Assembly (NCBI GenBank): GCA_963838025.1
Contig: CAWIPF010000001.1
Span: 2,751,757 to 2,815,756, forward strand
Reading direction: 5' to 3'
DNA: 64,000 bases
Origin: an uncultured Actinomycetota bacterium
GTDB lineage: Bacteria; Actinomycetota; Actinomycetes; Propionibacteriales; Nocardioidaceae
Shown: piece by piece, positions 9,061 through 19,037 of the stretch
How the letters are laid out: each line of letters begins with the position of its first letter
How positions within the stretch are numbered: the first letter of the stretch is position 1
Program-made: the position numbers and the translations under genes
The notes under the pieces: model-generated
The model's database searches: none
The model's input: only the letters and a program-made list of their open reading frames with translations
What the model was told of the DNA's origin: nothing

Positions 9061-9112
9061 CCCAGCGCGGCCGGGGGCGCGTGACGGGTCGGGAATCGGG
9101 TATGAATGGCAC

Positions 9113-9646
9113 ATGACTCTGATCCGACTCGTTGCGCGTCCCATGCTCGCCTCCACGTTCGTCTACGGAGGCGTAAACGCCCTGATGAACGCCGGCAGGC
9201 TGGCCGACAAGGCCAAGCCGGTCAACGACGAGATCCGCGGGATCGCCGGCAAGGTCGCCCCGCAGCTGCCGGTCCCCAGCAACGACGTGACCATGGTCAG
9301 GATCAACGCCGGGGTGCACATCCTGGCCGGGCTCGGTCTCGCCACCGGCCGTGCCCCGCGGCTGTCCGCACTGGCGCTCGCGACGACGGTCCTGCCCACC
9401 ACGCTGGCCGGTCACCCGTTCTGGCAGGAGAAGGACAAGGCCGCCCGCAGCCAGCAGATGACCCACTTCTTCAAGAACCTGTCGATGCTGGGCGGCCTGG
9501 TGATCGCCGCCGCCGACACCGAGGGCCGGCCAGGGGTCGCCTGGCGGGCCCAGCACGCCGTCGGCGCCGCCAAGCGCGAGGCCAAGCACCTCGGCAAGGA
9601 GGCCAAGGCGCAGGCGAAGCTGGCCAAGAAGAGCATCGCCGCCTGA
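9113..9646 (+). CDS. DoxX family membrane protein
   Basis: [17 protein letters not shown] and LAGHPFW motifs, followed by a Lys/Ala-rich tail. Confidence 0.75.
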   Translation: MTLIRLVARPMLASTFVYGGVNALMNAGRLADKAKPVNDEIRGIAGKVAPQLPVPSNDVTMVRINAGVHILAGLGLATGRAPRLSALALATTVLPTTLAGHPFWQEKDKAARSQQMTHFFKNLSMLGGLVIAAADTEGRPGVAWRAQHAVGAAKREAKHLGKEAKAQAKLAKKSIAA

Positions 9647-9684
9647 CGCCGGTCCGCCCGGGACCAGCCGCTACGCTGAGCGCG

Positions 9685-10974
9685 ATGTCGCCCCACCCGA
9701 TCCCCGACCCGTGGCCCGCGCCCCGACCGAGCGGCCCGGTGCACGCGACCGCCTCGCTGCCCGGGTCGAAGTCGCTGACCAACCGCGCGTTGGTGCTCGC
9801 CGCGCTCTCCGAGGCTCCGAGCGTGGTCCGCCGCGCGCTGCGCTCGCGTGACACCGAGCTGATGGCGACCGCGCTGAGCACCCTCGGCTGCCCGGTCGAC
9901 ACCACCGGGGACGACTGGAAGGTCACCCCCGGCACGGTCCGGGGGCGGGGCACGATCGACTGCGGGCTCGCCGGCACGGTGATGCGCTTCGTGCCGCCGG
10001 TGGCGGCGCTGGCCGACGGACCGGTCGTGTTCGACGGCGACCCGCACGCCCGCACCCGGCCCATGGGCGAGGTGCTCGACGCCCTGCGCCAGCTCGGCGT
10101 GGAGGTCGACGACGAGGGCCGCGGCGCGCTCCCGTTCACCGTGCTCGGACACGGCCGGGTGCCCGGAGGCGAGGTCACCATCGACGCCTCCGCCTCGAGC
10201 CAGTTCATCTCCGCGCTGCTGCTCGCCGGCCCCCGGTACGACGAGGGCGTGGACGTCCGGCACGACGGCAAGCCGGTGCCGTCGCTGCCCCACATCGACA
10301 TGACCGTCGAGCAGCTGCGGCTGCACGGCGTGGAGGTCGACGACTCCTCGCCGAACCGCTGGCGCGTCCTCCCCGGGCCGATCCGTGCGGTCGACGTACT
10401 CGTCGAGCCGGACCTCTCCAACGCCGCGCCGTTCGTGGCCGCGGCAATGGTGACCGGGGGTCGCGTCCTGGTCCGCGACTGGCCGCGGAGCACCACCCAG
10501 GCCGGTGACGCCCTGCGCGAGATCGTCGGGCTGATGGGCGGGCGGGCCGACCTCACCGACGAGGGCCTGATCGTGACCGGGGACGGTCACCTGCGCGGCA
10601 TCGACTACGACCTCCACGACGTCGGCGAGCTCACCCCGGCGGTCGCCGCGATGTGCGTGCTCGCCGAGGGCCCCTCGCACCTGCGGGGCGTCGCCCACAT
10701 CCGCGGCCACGAGACCGACCGGCTGTCCGCTCTGGCCACCGAGTTCAACAACCTCGGCGGCCACGTCACCGAGACCGAGGACGGGCTGACCATCCGCCCG
10801 ACCGCGTTGACCGGGGGCACGTTCGGCACCTACGCCGACCACCGGATGGCGCACGCCGGGGTGATCCTCGGTCTGGCCGTGGACGGCGTGAAGGTCCAGG
10901 ACGTCGCGACCACCGCGAAGACGTTCCCGGGCTTCGCGGAGGCCTGGACCCGGTTCCTGGGAGACCAGAGCTAG
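9685..10974 (+). CDS. aroA: 3-phosphoshikimate 1-carboxyvinyltransferase (EPSP synthase)
   Basis: [35 protein letters not shown]; 429 aa. Confidence 0.9.
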   Translation: MSPHPIPDPWPAPRPSGPVHATASLPGSKSLTNRALVLAALSEAPSVVRRALRSRDTELMATALSTLGCPVDTTGDDWKVTPGTVRGRGTIDCGLAGTVMRFVPPVAALADGPVVFDGDPHARTRPMGEVLDALRQLGVEVDDEGRGALPFTVLGHGRVPGGEVTIDASASSQFISALLLAGPRYDEGVDVRHDGKPVPSLPHIDMTVEQLRLHGVEVDDSSPNRWRVLPGPIRAVDVLVEPDLSNAAPFVAAAMVTGGRVLVRDWPRSTTQAGDALREIVGLMGGRADLTDEGLIVTGDGHLRGIDYDLHDVGELTPAVAAMCVLAEGPSHLRGVAHIRGHETDRLSALATEFNNLGGHVTETEDGLTIRPTALTGGTFGTYADHRMAHAGVILGLAVDGVKVQDVATTAKTFPGFAEAWTRFLGDQS

Positions 10975-11964
10975 GTGCCGAGGTACGACGAGTACGACCA
11001 CGAGCGGTTCGACCGCCCGAGACGGCACACGCGTCCCCGCACCAAGGACCGGCCCAGCTACGACGACGCCGTGGAGGCGGTCGTGGTGACCGTCGACCGG
11101 GGCCGGTTCACCTGCCTGGTGGACGGCCGCACCGTGACGGCGATGAAGTCCCGTCCGCTCGGCCGCAAGGGGGTCGTGGTCGGCGACCACGTGCGGGTCG
11201 TCGGCGACGTCACGGGCGACGACGGGTCCCTGGCCCGCATCGTCTCCGTCGACGAGCGGCGGACCGTGCTGCGCCGGACCGCCGACGACGACGACCCCGT
11301 CGAGCGGGTCATCGTCGCCAACGCCGACCAGCTCGTGGTGGTCACTGCGCTGGCCGACCCCGAGCCACGGCCGCGGCTGATCGACCGGGCACTGGTCGCG
11401 GCGTACGACGCCGGGCTCGATCCCCTGCTCTGCCTGACCAAGCCCGACCTGGCCGACCCGGAGACGCTGCTCTCGATCTACCGGCCGCTCGGGGTGCCCT
11501 ACGTGGTGGCTCAGCGCGGAGGCGACCTGTCCGAGGTGCGCCGACGGCTGGCCGGCAAGGTGAGCGTGCTGGTCGGGCACAGCGGAGTCGGCAAGTCGAC
11601 GCTGGTCAACGCGCTGGTGCCCGGGACCGACCGGGCCATCGGGCACGTCAACGTGGTGACCGGGCGCGGCCGGCACACCTCGACGTCGGCGCTGATGCTG
11701 CCGCTGCCCGACGGGGCCGGCTGGATCGTGGACACGCCCGGGATCCGCTCGTTCGGTCTCGCGCACGTCCGGCCCGGCCAGCTGATCGGCGCCTTCCCGG
11801 ACCTCGAGGAGCTCACCGACTCGTGCCCCCGGGGCTGCACCCACGGGGAGGGCGCGCCGGAGTGCGGGCTCGACGAGGCGATCGCCCAGGGAAGCACGGA
11901 GGCGGACCGGGTCGAGTCGTTCCGGCGGCTGCTCGCCAGCCGCGAGCAGGGCGACGCCGACTAG
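10975..11964 (+). CDS. rsgA: ribosome small-subunit-dependent GTPase A
   Basis: GHSGVGKSTLVNAL P-loop, DTPGIRSF, and a C-terminal Cys/His zinc cluster (CPRGCTHGEGAPEC). GTG start directly abuts the aroA stop. Confidence 0.9.
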   Translation: MPRYDEYDHERFDRPRRHTRPRTKDRPSYDDAVEAVVVTVDRGRFTCLVDGRTVTAMKSRPLGRKGVVVGDHVRVVGDVTGDDGSLARIVSVDERRTVLRRTADDDDPVERVIVANADQLVVVTALADPEPRPRLIDRALVAAYDAGLDPLLCLTKPDLADPETLLSIYRPLGVPYVVAQRGGDLSEVRRRLAGKVSVLVGHSGVGKSTLVNALVPGTDRAIGHVNVVTGRGRHTSTSALMLPLPDGAGWIVDTPGIRSFGLAHVRPGQLIGAFPDLEELTDSCPRGCTHGEGAPECGLDEAIAQGSTEADRVESFRRLLASREQGDAD

Positions 11965-11975
11965 CGCACGGCCGG

Positions 11976-12467
11976 CTACCGGCCCCAGACCGCCCGGGCC
12001 CCCGCGTCACCGGTGAGCACCACCCAGACCAGCACCGCGACGGCGCCGACGACGAGCGCCGCGGGAAGGACCCGGCTCAGCGCCACCACGCGGCCCTCAT
12101 GGGCACCGCGACCGCTGACCAGCGGCGACGGCCCACCGAGCGCCCAGCCGCCCACCACGGTCAGCACGGTGAACAGCAGCATCACCAGCACGAGCTGGTT
12201 GGCACGGGTCTGGTGGGTGTGGATGCGAGCCGCGATCACCGGGCTCTGCAGCAGGTACTGCCGGCTCTGGAGCAGGGCGGTCCCGGAGTACTTGGCGAGC
12301 AGGAGCGCCCCGAGCGACGCCACGGTCGCGAGCAGCGCGGGCCACCGGGTCAGCCACCGCCATCGGTCGCGGACGGCGAAGACGGCGACCAGGACCGCGG
12401 CTGTGGGTGTCAGCACCACGGCCGCGTGGACGACGAGGGCGTGCAACGGAAGACCGGCTACCTCCAT
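11976..12467 (-). CDS. polytopic membrane protein (DUF2231-like)
   Basis: About four hydrophobic helices. The LHALVVHAAVVL N-terminus is typical of this family. Confidence 0.55.
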   Translation of the reverse strand: MEVAGLPLHALVVHAAVVLTPTAAVLVAVFAVRDRWRWLTRWPALLATVASLGALLLAKYSGTALLQSRQYLLQSPVIAARIHTHQTRANQLVLVMLLFTVLTVVGGWALGGPSPLVSGRGAHEGRVVALSRVLPAALVVGAVAVLVWVVLTGDAGARAVWGR

Positions 12468-12601
12468 GGTCGCAGGCTAGACCAGCCCGGACGAGCCGGG
12501 TGCGACGCGCGCACGGTTCTTGACGAGTTCACCGGCCGCGCTTGGCGTTCTCTCAGCATGCCCCCGCCGTGCGGGCTCCGCGGGGGAATAGCCTGTGGGT
12601 C

Positions 12602-13597
12602 ATGCCCACCAACTTCACCGACGATCTGCGGCTTGCGCACGTGCTCGCCGACGACGCCGACTCCTTGACGATGGACCGGTTCAAGGCACAGGACCTGCAC
12701 GTGCTGACGAAGCCGGACCTCACGCCGGTGACGGACGCCGACAAGTCGGTGGAGGAGGGCATCCGCCGGACCCTTTCGCGGGCCCGGCCTCGGGACGCCG
12801 TGCTCGGGGAGGAGCAGGGCTCGACCGGGCACTCCCAGCGCCGCTGGGTGGTCGACCCGATCGACGGCACCAAGAACTTCGTGCGCGGCGTGCCGGTGTG
12901 GGCGACGCTGATCGCGCTGATGGTCGACGACGAGGTCGTCGTGGGCTGCGTGTCGGCGCCCCAGCTGAACCGGCGCTGGTGGGCGTCGAAGGACGGCGCC
13001 GCCTGGACCGGCCGGTCGCTGCTGAAGGCGTCGCAGTGCCGGGTGTCCGACGTGGCGCGCCTCGACGACGCCTCGCTCTCCTACTCGTCCCTGTCCGGCT
13101 GGGAGGAGCGGGACCGGCTCGAGGACTTCATGGCCCTGTCGCGGCGCTGCTGGCGGACCCGTGCGTACGGCGACTTCTGGTCCTACATGCTCGTCGCCGA
13201 GGGGGCGGTGGACCTCGCCGCCGAGCCCGAGCTCGCGCTCTACGACATGGCCGCGCTCGACGTGATCGTCCGCGAGGCCGGCGGGATGTTCAGCTCGCTC
13301 GACGGCACCCCCGGCCCGCTGGGCGGCAACGCGCTGGCCACCAACGGCCGGCTCCACGAGCAGGCGCTCGCCTTCCTCGGCGGGCTCGACGACGGCGACG
13401 ACCCGGACGCACGGCCGCGGCGACCGGGCTCGGTGCACGATCTCAGCGCGCGTCGGCGACCGCCGCAGGCGGACCCGGCGGAGCATCCGGAAGGGGATCC
13501 GGCCGGGGATCCAGCTCGGGGATCCGCCGTCCGGCGACTGAGCCGCGAGAGCAGGTGCGGCGCGGCCAGCAGGCCCGCCAGGTCGAACCAGCCGTAG
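12602..13597 (+). CDS. hisN: inositol monophosphatase family / histidinol-phosphatase HisN-like
   Basis: LGEEQG, WVVDPIDGTKNF, GDFWSYMLVAEG. ATG 12602. An unusual roughly 70-aa low-complexity C-terminal tail. Confidence 0.8.
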   Translation: MPTNFTDDLRLAHVLADDADSLTMDRFKAQDLHVLTKPDLTPVTDADKSVEEGIRRTLSRARPRDAVLGEEQGSTGHSQRRWVVDPIDGTKNFVRGVPVWATLIALMVDDEVVVGCVSAPQLNRRWWASKDGAAWTGRSLLKASQCRVSDVARLDDASLSYSSLSGWEERDRLEDFMALSRRCWRTRAYGDFWSYMLVAEGAVDLAAEPELALYDMAALDVIVREAGGMFSSLDGTPGPLGGNALATNGRLHEQALAFLGGLDDGDDPDARPRRPGSVHDLSARRRPPQADPAEHPEGDPAGDPARGSAVRRLSRESRCGAASRPARSNQP

Positions 13598-14235
13598 CCC
13601 CCGGCAGCGCCCGAGGGCGGGTTGCCGATCGAGACCCAGCCGGTCGGGTCCCTGGTGCCCCAGGCCCAGTTGCCCAGGTGCGTGCCGGTCAGCTCCAGAT
13701 AGCTCACCACCGCGAACGCACCCAGGTAGACGGCCTTGGAGGGCCCGAACAGCACGAACGCCGCCAGACAGGCGTACCAGAAGGCGCCGAGCGCGTCGGG
13801 CCGGTCGGTGGCGAAGAGCCCGGCACCGGCCCAGACACCGCCGACCACGAGGGCCGCGGCGCTCCAGGCACGCAGGTGCCGCTGCACGAGACCCGCGTGG
13901 CCGAGCGCGAACGCGGAGAGGTAGACGAGCCCGTGACCGGGCGGCACGTACATCGGCACGTTGTGGAAGCGGTAGGTGTAGACCTCCAGCGTCGGGCTGA
14001 ACACGAACTCGACGACGGTGGCGAACCCGACCACCACCGCCGTCTGCACGCGCACCACCGGGTCCACCCTGCGCACGGCGGCCAGGAGCACGATCCAGGT
14101 GAGCACCCCCAGGAGCCGTTGCCGCCCGAGTCCCCCTCCCCCGTCGGCACGGTCCAGCCACAGCACCAGCGACAGCCAGCCCATCATCAGCAGGCTGGCC
14201 GCGGGGTGCAGGCGGAGGCTCACGCAGGCCATCAT
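13240..14235 (-). CDS. integral membrane protein, unknown function
   Basis: About seven hydrophobic segments down to roughly 13590. The remaining 115 codons are antisense to the hisN tail. Confidence 0.5.
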   Translation of the reverse strand: MMACVSLRLHPAASLLMMGWLSLVLWLDRADGGGGLGRQRLLGVLTWIVLLAAVRRVDPVVRVQTAVVVGFATVVEFVFSPTLEVYTYRFHNVPMYVPPGHGLVYLSAFALGHAGLVQRHLRAWSAAALVVGGVWAGAGLFATDRPDALGAFWYACLAAFVLFGPSKAVYLGAFAVVSYLELTGTHLGNWAWGTRDPTGWVSIGNPPSGAAGGYGWFDLAGLLAAPHLLSRLSRRTADPRAGSPAGSPSGCSAGSACGGRRRALRSCTEPGRRGRASGSSPSSSPPRKASACSWSRPLVASALPPSGPGVPSSELNIPPASRTITSSAAMS

Positions 14236-14355
14236 CCCAGTGCGACGTACCACGGACGAAGACGGGCCGTTCGGCATCTACCGCCGCGGGTGCCTCTTGA
14301 CTAACCTCGGGGGCACCCAACTGCGGCAACGACTTGGATACCGGAAGGTGGTCCG

Positions 14356-14793
14356 ATGCGGATCAACGAGGTGCTCGGCGGCAAGGCCAGCGCGAAGGTC
14401 ATCACCATCAGCCCGGACGCGACCGTGCGCGAGCTGCTCGGCAAGCTCGCCGACCACAACGTCGGCGCGCTGATCGTCAGCGCGGACGGCACCAGCGTGG
14501 ACGGCATCGTCTCCGAGCGCGACATCGTCCGCCGGCTGCACGAGAACGAGAGCGTGCTGGCCTCCCCCGTCTCGGAGATCATGACCCGCGACGTGCACAC
14601 CTGCGAGGGGCACGACCCGCTGCACGACCTGATGCAGCTGATGACCGAGCAACGCATCCGGCACGTGCCCGTCCTCACCGAAGGTCGACTGACCGGCATC
14701 GTGAGCATCGGGGACATCGTGAAGAGCCGCATGAAGGAGCTCGAGTTCGAGCGCGACCAGCTCGACTCCTACGTGCACACCTCCCAGACCTGA
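14356..14793 (+). CDS. CBS domain pair protein
   Basis: Two CBS repeats (VGALIVSADG..GIVSERDIV and IRHVPVLTEGRLTGIVSIGDIV). Confidence 0.85.
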   Translation: MRINEVLGGKASAKVITISPDATVRELLGKLADHNVGALIVSADGTSVDGIVSERDIVRRLHENESVLASPVSEIMTRDVHTCEGHDPLHDLMQLMTEQRIRHVPVLTEGRLTGIVSIGDIVKSRMKELEFERDQLDSYVHTSQT

Positions 14794-14932
14794 GACGGCG
14801 CCCCGGCGCCCCGGAGCGGCGCACCTCCGGCGCGCGGCGAGGTCGTGACACCGGCGAACTAGACTGCCCCCGGCGCCCCCGGATCCGGGCTGGTGCCGAG
14901 CCGGAAACCGACACGACGTAGGAGCCGCACCC

Positions 14933-15310
14933 GTGACCTCCCCCGAGAAGCCCGAGATCGACTTCCCCGACACGCCGCCGCCCACCGACCTCGAGGTGAC
15001 CGACCTCAGCGAGGGCTCGGGTGCCGAGGCGACGGCCGGGAAGACCGTGGCCGTGCACTACGTCGGGGTGGCCCACTCCACCGGCGAGGAGTTCGACGCC
15101 AGCTACAACCGCGGCGAGCCACTGTCGTTCCGGCTCGGCGTCGGCCAGGTGATCTCCGGCTGGGACCAGGGCGTGCAGGGCATGAAGGTCGGCGGCCGCC
15201 GCAAGCTGGTGATCCCGCCGCACCTCGGCTACGGCGACCGGGGCGCGGGCGGTGTGATCAAGCCCGGCGAGACGTTGATCTTCGTCGTCGATCTCGTCGA
15301 CGTGCGCTGA
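14933..15310 (+). CDS. FKBP-type peptidyl-prolyl cis-trans isomerase
   Basis: VHYVGV...FDASY, GQVISGWDQGVQGMKVGGRRKLVIPPHLGYG, LIFVVDL. Confidence 0.9.
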   Translation: MTSPEKPEIDFPDTPPPTDLEVTDLSEGSGAEATAGKTVAVHYVGVAHSTGEEFDASYNRGEPLSFRLGVGQVISGWDQGVQGMKVGGRRKLVIPPHLGYGDRGAGGVIKPGETLIFVVDLVDVR

Positions 15311-15354
15311 CTGGGTCTGGCCCTACCGCGGACGCTGCGGCTCGGCTGCGGCGG

Positions 15355-15705
15355 CTACTCGCCCTGGGACCAGGCGGCGATGGGCAGCGACAGATACACG
15401 CCCACGCTGCGGGTTCCGAGCTCGTCGACAATCGAGTGGCAGAGTCGGTCGCAGCGCTGTTGCCGAGTCCCGGCCCGGCTCTCGAACCACTTCGAGCGCA
15501 CCTCGACGACGAGGTCGAGGCCGTTCACGTCGTAGGGGCCCGCGGCGCGCATACGGATCTCGACGTCGCCGGGTTGAAGGTCGTGGTCGTAGGGCTCTTC
15601 GGGACACTCCACCGCGAGCGAGACCAGGTGCGGAAGGATCTGCGCCAGGCGGGTGAGCCACCGCTCTTCGCACGTGTCTGAGTAGGTGATGTCCACGATC
15701 GGCAT
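15355..15705 (-). CDS. small cytoplasmic protein, possibly tautomerase-superfamily (Pro-1)
   Basis: MPIVDITY N-terminus with good coding bias. The function is a guess. Confidence 0.4.
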   Translation of the reverse strand: MPIVDITYSDTCEERWLTRLAQILPHLVSLAVECPEEPYDHDLQPGDVEIRMRAAGPYDVNGLDLVVEVRSKWFESRAGTRQQRCDRLCHSIVDELGTRSVGVYLSLPIAAWSQGE

Positions 15706-15784
15706 TGCAGAAACCTAGTTCGTCCGTGCGGCGGGAGCGCGCATCCGGACGCACGAGCACGGCCCAACGGTCCAGACTGGGTCC

Positions 15785-16360
15785 ATGGACGAGCCGAGGG
15801 AGCCCAAGACCGCCCTGCGTCAGTATCTCCAGGACTGCCGGGAGGCGCTGCTGTGGAAGCTCGAGGGGCTGAGCGAGCGCGAGCTGCGGATGCCGCGGAC
15901 GCCGACGGGCACGAACCTGATCGGCATCGTCAAGCACGTGGCCAACACGGAGATCTGGTACTTCGGCGACGTGTTCGGCCGGGAGTGGCCGACGCCTGCG
16001 GAGCGGATCACCGACGACGAGACCGACCCCCAGGCCGACTGGTACGCCACCGCCGACGAGACCTCCGAGGGCATCATCGACCTCTACCGCCGTGTGTGGG
16101 CCTTCGCCGACGCGACCCTCGAGGAGCTGCCCCTCGATGCGCTCGGGCAGGTGCCGTGGTGGCGCGACCCGAGCCCGGTGACCTTGGAGCACATCCTGGT
16201 GCACGTGCTCGTCGACCTCGCACGCCACGTCGGGCATGCCGACATCCTCCGAGAGCAGATCGACGGCACCGCCGGGCTTCACACGAAGTTCCCCAACCTC
16301 CCCCAACAGGACTGGCCGGCGTACGTCGCCAAGCTGACAGCCCTGGCCGAACGCTTCTGA
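15785..16360 (+). CDS. DinB/DUF664 (mycothiol transferase-like) family protein
   Basis: IGIVKHVANTE and HVLVDLARHVGHADILRE, histidine-rich four-helix bundle signatures. Confidence 0.75.
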   Translation: MDEPREPKTALRQYLQDCREALLWKLEGLSERELRMPRTPTGTNLIGIVKHVANTEIWYFGDVFGREWPTPAERITDDETDPQADWYATADETSEGIIDLYRRVWAFADATLEELPLDALGQVPWWRDPSPVTLEHILVHVLVDLARHVGHADILREQIDGTAGLHTKFPNLPQQDWPAYVAKLTALAERF

Positions 16361-16391
16361 GCCCGACCGCATCCCTCCGAAGGAGCCCGCC

Positions 16392-16979
16392 GTGTCATTT
16401 CAGCCCCCGCTCGAGACCAGCGAAACGGAGGCCCGCCAGGGCCCGCGGAAGGTCGTCGCCTATGAGCTGTTGTCTCTCGATGGGGTCGCCGAGCGTCCCG
16501 AGCGCTTCATCACCGACTGGGAGGACGCAGAGGATGCTCACCTCGCCGGTGTCATCGCAGCGCAGGACGCCGTCATTCTCGGCCGCCGCAGCTACGACGA
16601 GTGGGCTGGGTTCTGGCCAGACAGCGAGATGGAGCCTTTCGCCTCGTTCATCAACGCCGTGACCAAGTACGTCGCAACGTCGACTCCGCTCGACCGCGAG
16701 TGGGCCAATTCGCGCGTCATCGACGGGGGACTGGTGGAGTTCGTGCGACAGCTGAAGGATCGTCCCGGCGGCGATATCGGCATCCACGCCAGCATCTCGG
16801 TTGCTCAGACGTTGCTCGCCGCGGACCTCGTCGACGAGGTCAGGCTCGTGATCGCGCCGGCGATCGCCGGGGGCGGACAGAGACTGTTCGACGGGTCGCC
16901 GGCCATGCGCCTCGACCGGATCCGAAGCACGTCCTCGCCCAGCGGCCACCTTCTCGTCGACTACCGCGTGGTTCGCTAG
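16392..16979 (+). CDS. dihydrofolate reductase-like (RibD C-terminal domain) protein
   Basis: LSLDGV..., AVILGRRSYDEW, DEVRLVIAPAIAGGGQRLF. Confidence 0.75.
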   Translation: MSFQPPLETSETEARQGPRKVVAYELLSLDGVAERPERFITDWEDAEDAHLAGVIAAQDAVILGRRSYDEWAGFWPDSEMEPFASFINAVTKYVATSTPLDREWANSRVIDGGLVEFVRQLKDRPGGDIGIHASISVAQTLLAADLVDEVRLVIAPAIAGGGQRLFDGSPAMRLDRIRSTSSPSGHLLVDYRVVR

Positions 16980-17051
16980 ACGCCGTCGGAGACAGGGGCA
17001 ACCACCGGCGGGGCCCCGCACATGGCTGATCCGGTGAGCGCGACCTGTCGC

Positions 17052-17267
17052 CTAGCTCACCCGCACGGCAGCTGGGCCGACCGTCACGACGTCGCCGCGG
17101 ACGAGCCGGCGCCCACGACGGGTCTCGGTCTCGCCGTTGACCGACACCAGGCCCTGCATGAGCAGCGGCTTGGCGTCGGAGCCGGTGTCGACGAGGTCGG
17201 CCAGCTTCAGCAGCTGACCGAGCCGGATCGAGTCCTCGCGGATCTGGACGTCTCGGGGTGCACTCAC
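17052..17267 (-). CDS. S4-domain RNA-binding protein (YbcJ-like)
   Basis: 71 aa, IRLGQLLKLADLVDTGSDAKPLLMQGLVSVNGETETRRGRRL. Confidence 0.75.
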   Translation of the reverse strand: MSAPRDVQIREDSIRLGQLLKLADLVDTGSDAKPLLMQGLVSVNGETETRRGRRLVRGDVVTVGPAAVRVS

Positions 17268-17331
17268 TCCCCCATTGTGCCGCCCGCCCGGCCGGGGCGC
17301 CTTGCGGGCGCAGCGCAGCGGGGGCCGGGTC

Positions 17332-18588
17332 TCACAGGAGCAGGGTGACCGCGTGGATCAGCACGCCGACGAGACCGCCGACGATGGTGCCGTTGATCCG
17401 GATGAACTGCAGGTCCCGCCCGACGTGCAGCTCGATCTTGCGTGCCGCCTCCTTGCCGTCCCAGCGGTCGATGGTGTGCGTGATCACCGCGGTCAGCTCG
17501 TCGCCGTAGCGGCCGACCGCGAACACCGCGAGGTCCGCGGCGTAGCGGTCGAGCTTCACCTGCTGCGGCACGTCCTCGCGCAGCCGCTCGCCGAAGCCGA
17601 CCAGCTCCTCGACCGCGCGCCGCCTCAGTGGCCCGTCCGGGTCCGCCAGGGACTCCATCAGGGCCCGGCGGAAGGCGTTCCACAGCGAGGTGGCGGTGAC
17701 CACGAGCTGCGGGTGGCCCAGGACCCGGACCTTCAGCTGCTCGGCGCGCTCCTGGGTGGCCGGGTCGTGCAGAAGGTCGTCGGCCAGCCGCTCGAGCAGG
17801 CCGTCGAGGGCGGTGCGCGCGTGGTGCCAGGGGTCGTTGCGGATGTCCTCGATCCAGGCGACGAGCTCCACGTGCAGGCGGTGGGTGACCCGCTCGTTGA
17901 TCGACGGCGGGGACCACCACGGTGCCCGCTCGCCGACGATGTCGCTGAAGGTCTCCTCGTTGTCCCGCAGCCAGCGGTGCGCCTCCTCCAGCGCGAGGTC
18001 GACCAGGCCGTGGTGCGCCCGGTCGGCGACGATCTCCTGGAGCAGGCTCCCGGCGACCGGGCTGATCGGCTCCTCGATGAACCGCGGCAGCAGCGCCTCC
18101 TCCACCAGCATCACGAGGTCCTCGTCCCTGACCTTCGACAGCCCGATGTGCAGGACCGAGGAGACCTCGTCCACGACCTTGCGGGCGTTGGCGGCATCGA
18201 CCACCCACTCCGCGACCCGGCTCGAGAGCCTGGCCACCCTCATCCGGTCCCGGATGACCCCCTCCTGGAGGAAGTTCTCGCCCACGAACTCCTCGAGGCT
18301 GCGCCCGAGCATCTCCTTGCGCTTGGGGATCAGCGCGGTGTGCGGGATCGGCAGCCCCAGCGGGTGCTTGAACAGCGCCGTCACCGCGAACCAGTCGGCG
18401 ATGGCACCCACCATCGACGCCTCCGCGCCCGCGTTGACGAAGCCGAGGAAGCCGTCGCGTCCGTGCGTCAGCAGGAAGACGACCGCCGCGAACAGCAGCA
18501 GCGAGAGTGCCAGCGTGCGCATGCGTCGGAGCCCGCGCCGGCGTTGCTCGTCGAGCTCGGGGTTCGCAGTGACCATCGCGAGGGACAT
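17332..18588 (-). CDS. DUF445 family membrane-associated protein
   Basis: GAIADWFAVTALFKHPLGLPIPHTALIPKRK, plus a C-terminal TM segment (INGTIVGGLVGVLIHAV). Confidence 0.75.
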   Translation of the reverse strand: MSLAMVTANPELDEQRRRGLRRMRTLALSLLLFAAVVFLLTHGRDGFLGFVNAGAEASMVGAIADWFAVTALFKHPLGLPIPHTALIPKRKEMLGRSLEEFVGENFLQEGVIRDRMRVARLSSRVAEWVVDAANARKVVDEVSSVLHIGLSKVRDEDLVMLVEEALLPRFIEEPISPVAGSLLQEIVADRAHHGLVDLALEEAHRWLRDNEETFSDIVGERAPWWSPPSINERVTHRLHVELVAWIEDIRNDPWHHARTALDGLLERLADDLLHDPATQERAEQLKVRVLGHPQLVVTATSLWNAFRRALMESLADPDGPLRRRAVEELVGFGERLREDVPQQVKLDRYAADLAVFAVGRYGDELTAVITHTIDRWDGKEAARKIELHVGRDLQFIRINGTIVGGLVGVLIHAVTLLL

Positions 18589-18629
18589 CGCCGTCGAACG
18601 TACAGCACGCTCGTGCGAGGATTCCTCCC

Positions 18630-19031
18630 ATGAGCAGAACCGTCATCACCTTCGGCACCTTCGACGTCTTCCACGTCGGGCACCTGCGCGTGATCGAGCG
18701 TGCCGCGGCCCTCGGCGACCGTCTCGTGGTCGGGGTGTCCGCCGACGCTCTGAACGAGCGCAAGAAGGGCCGTGCACCCGTGTTCTCTCAGCACGAGCGG
18801 ATGGAGATCGTCGGGGCGCTCAAGGTCGTCGACGAGGTCTTCGTCGAGGAGAGCCTCGAGCAGAAGCGGGACTACATCGTGCAGTACGGCGCGGACGTGC
18901 TGGTCATGGGCGACGACTGGTCCGGGAAGTTCGACGAGTTCAAGGACATCTGCGAGGTGCACTACCTGCCCCGGACGCCTGCGATCTCGACGACGGCGCT
19001 GATCGAGAAGATCGCCGCCGGCGCGGAGTAG
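18630..19031 (+). CDS. cytidylyltransferase (glycerol-3-phosphate cytidylyltransferase TagD-like)
   Basis: TFGTFDVFHVGHLRVIERA (HxGH) and RTPAISTT (RTxGISTT-like). Confidence 0.8.
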   Translation: MSRTVITFGTFDVFHVGHLRVIERAAALGDRLVVGVSADALNERKKGRAPVFSQHERMEIVGALKVVDEVFVEESLEQKRDYIVQYGADVLVMGDDWSGKFDEFKDICEVHYLPRTPAISTTALIEKIAAGAE

Positions 19032-19037
19032 CAGCGC

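Noticed and set aside
9088-9115. GGAAT pentamers that could be further SigH promoters (about 9091, 12588, 50277, and antisense at 18618)
   Set aside because: None has GTT at the required 18 (+/-1) nt spacing. The 18618 case has a 21-nt spacer and would place the TSS on the start codon.
9412-11844. 810-aa ORF antisense to aroA/rsgA; similar long shadow ORFs at 52575..55001, 864..1904, 7029..8279, 44211..45806 and 20878..22524
   Set aside because: These are shadow frames of well-supported genes in high-GC DNA, with low-complexity Arg/Pro/Gly products.
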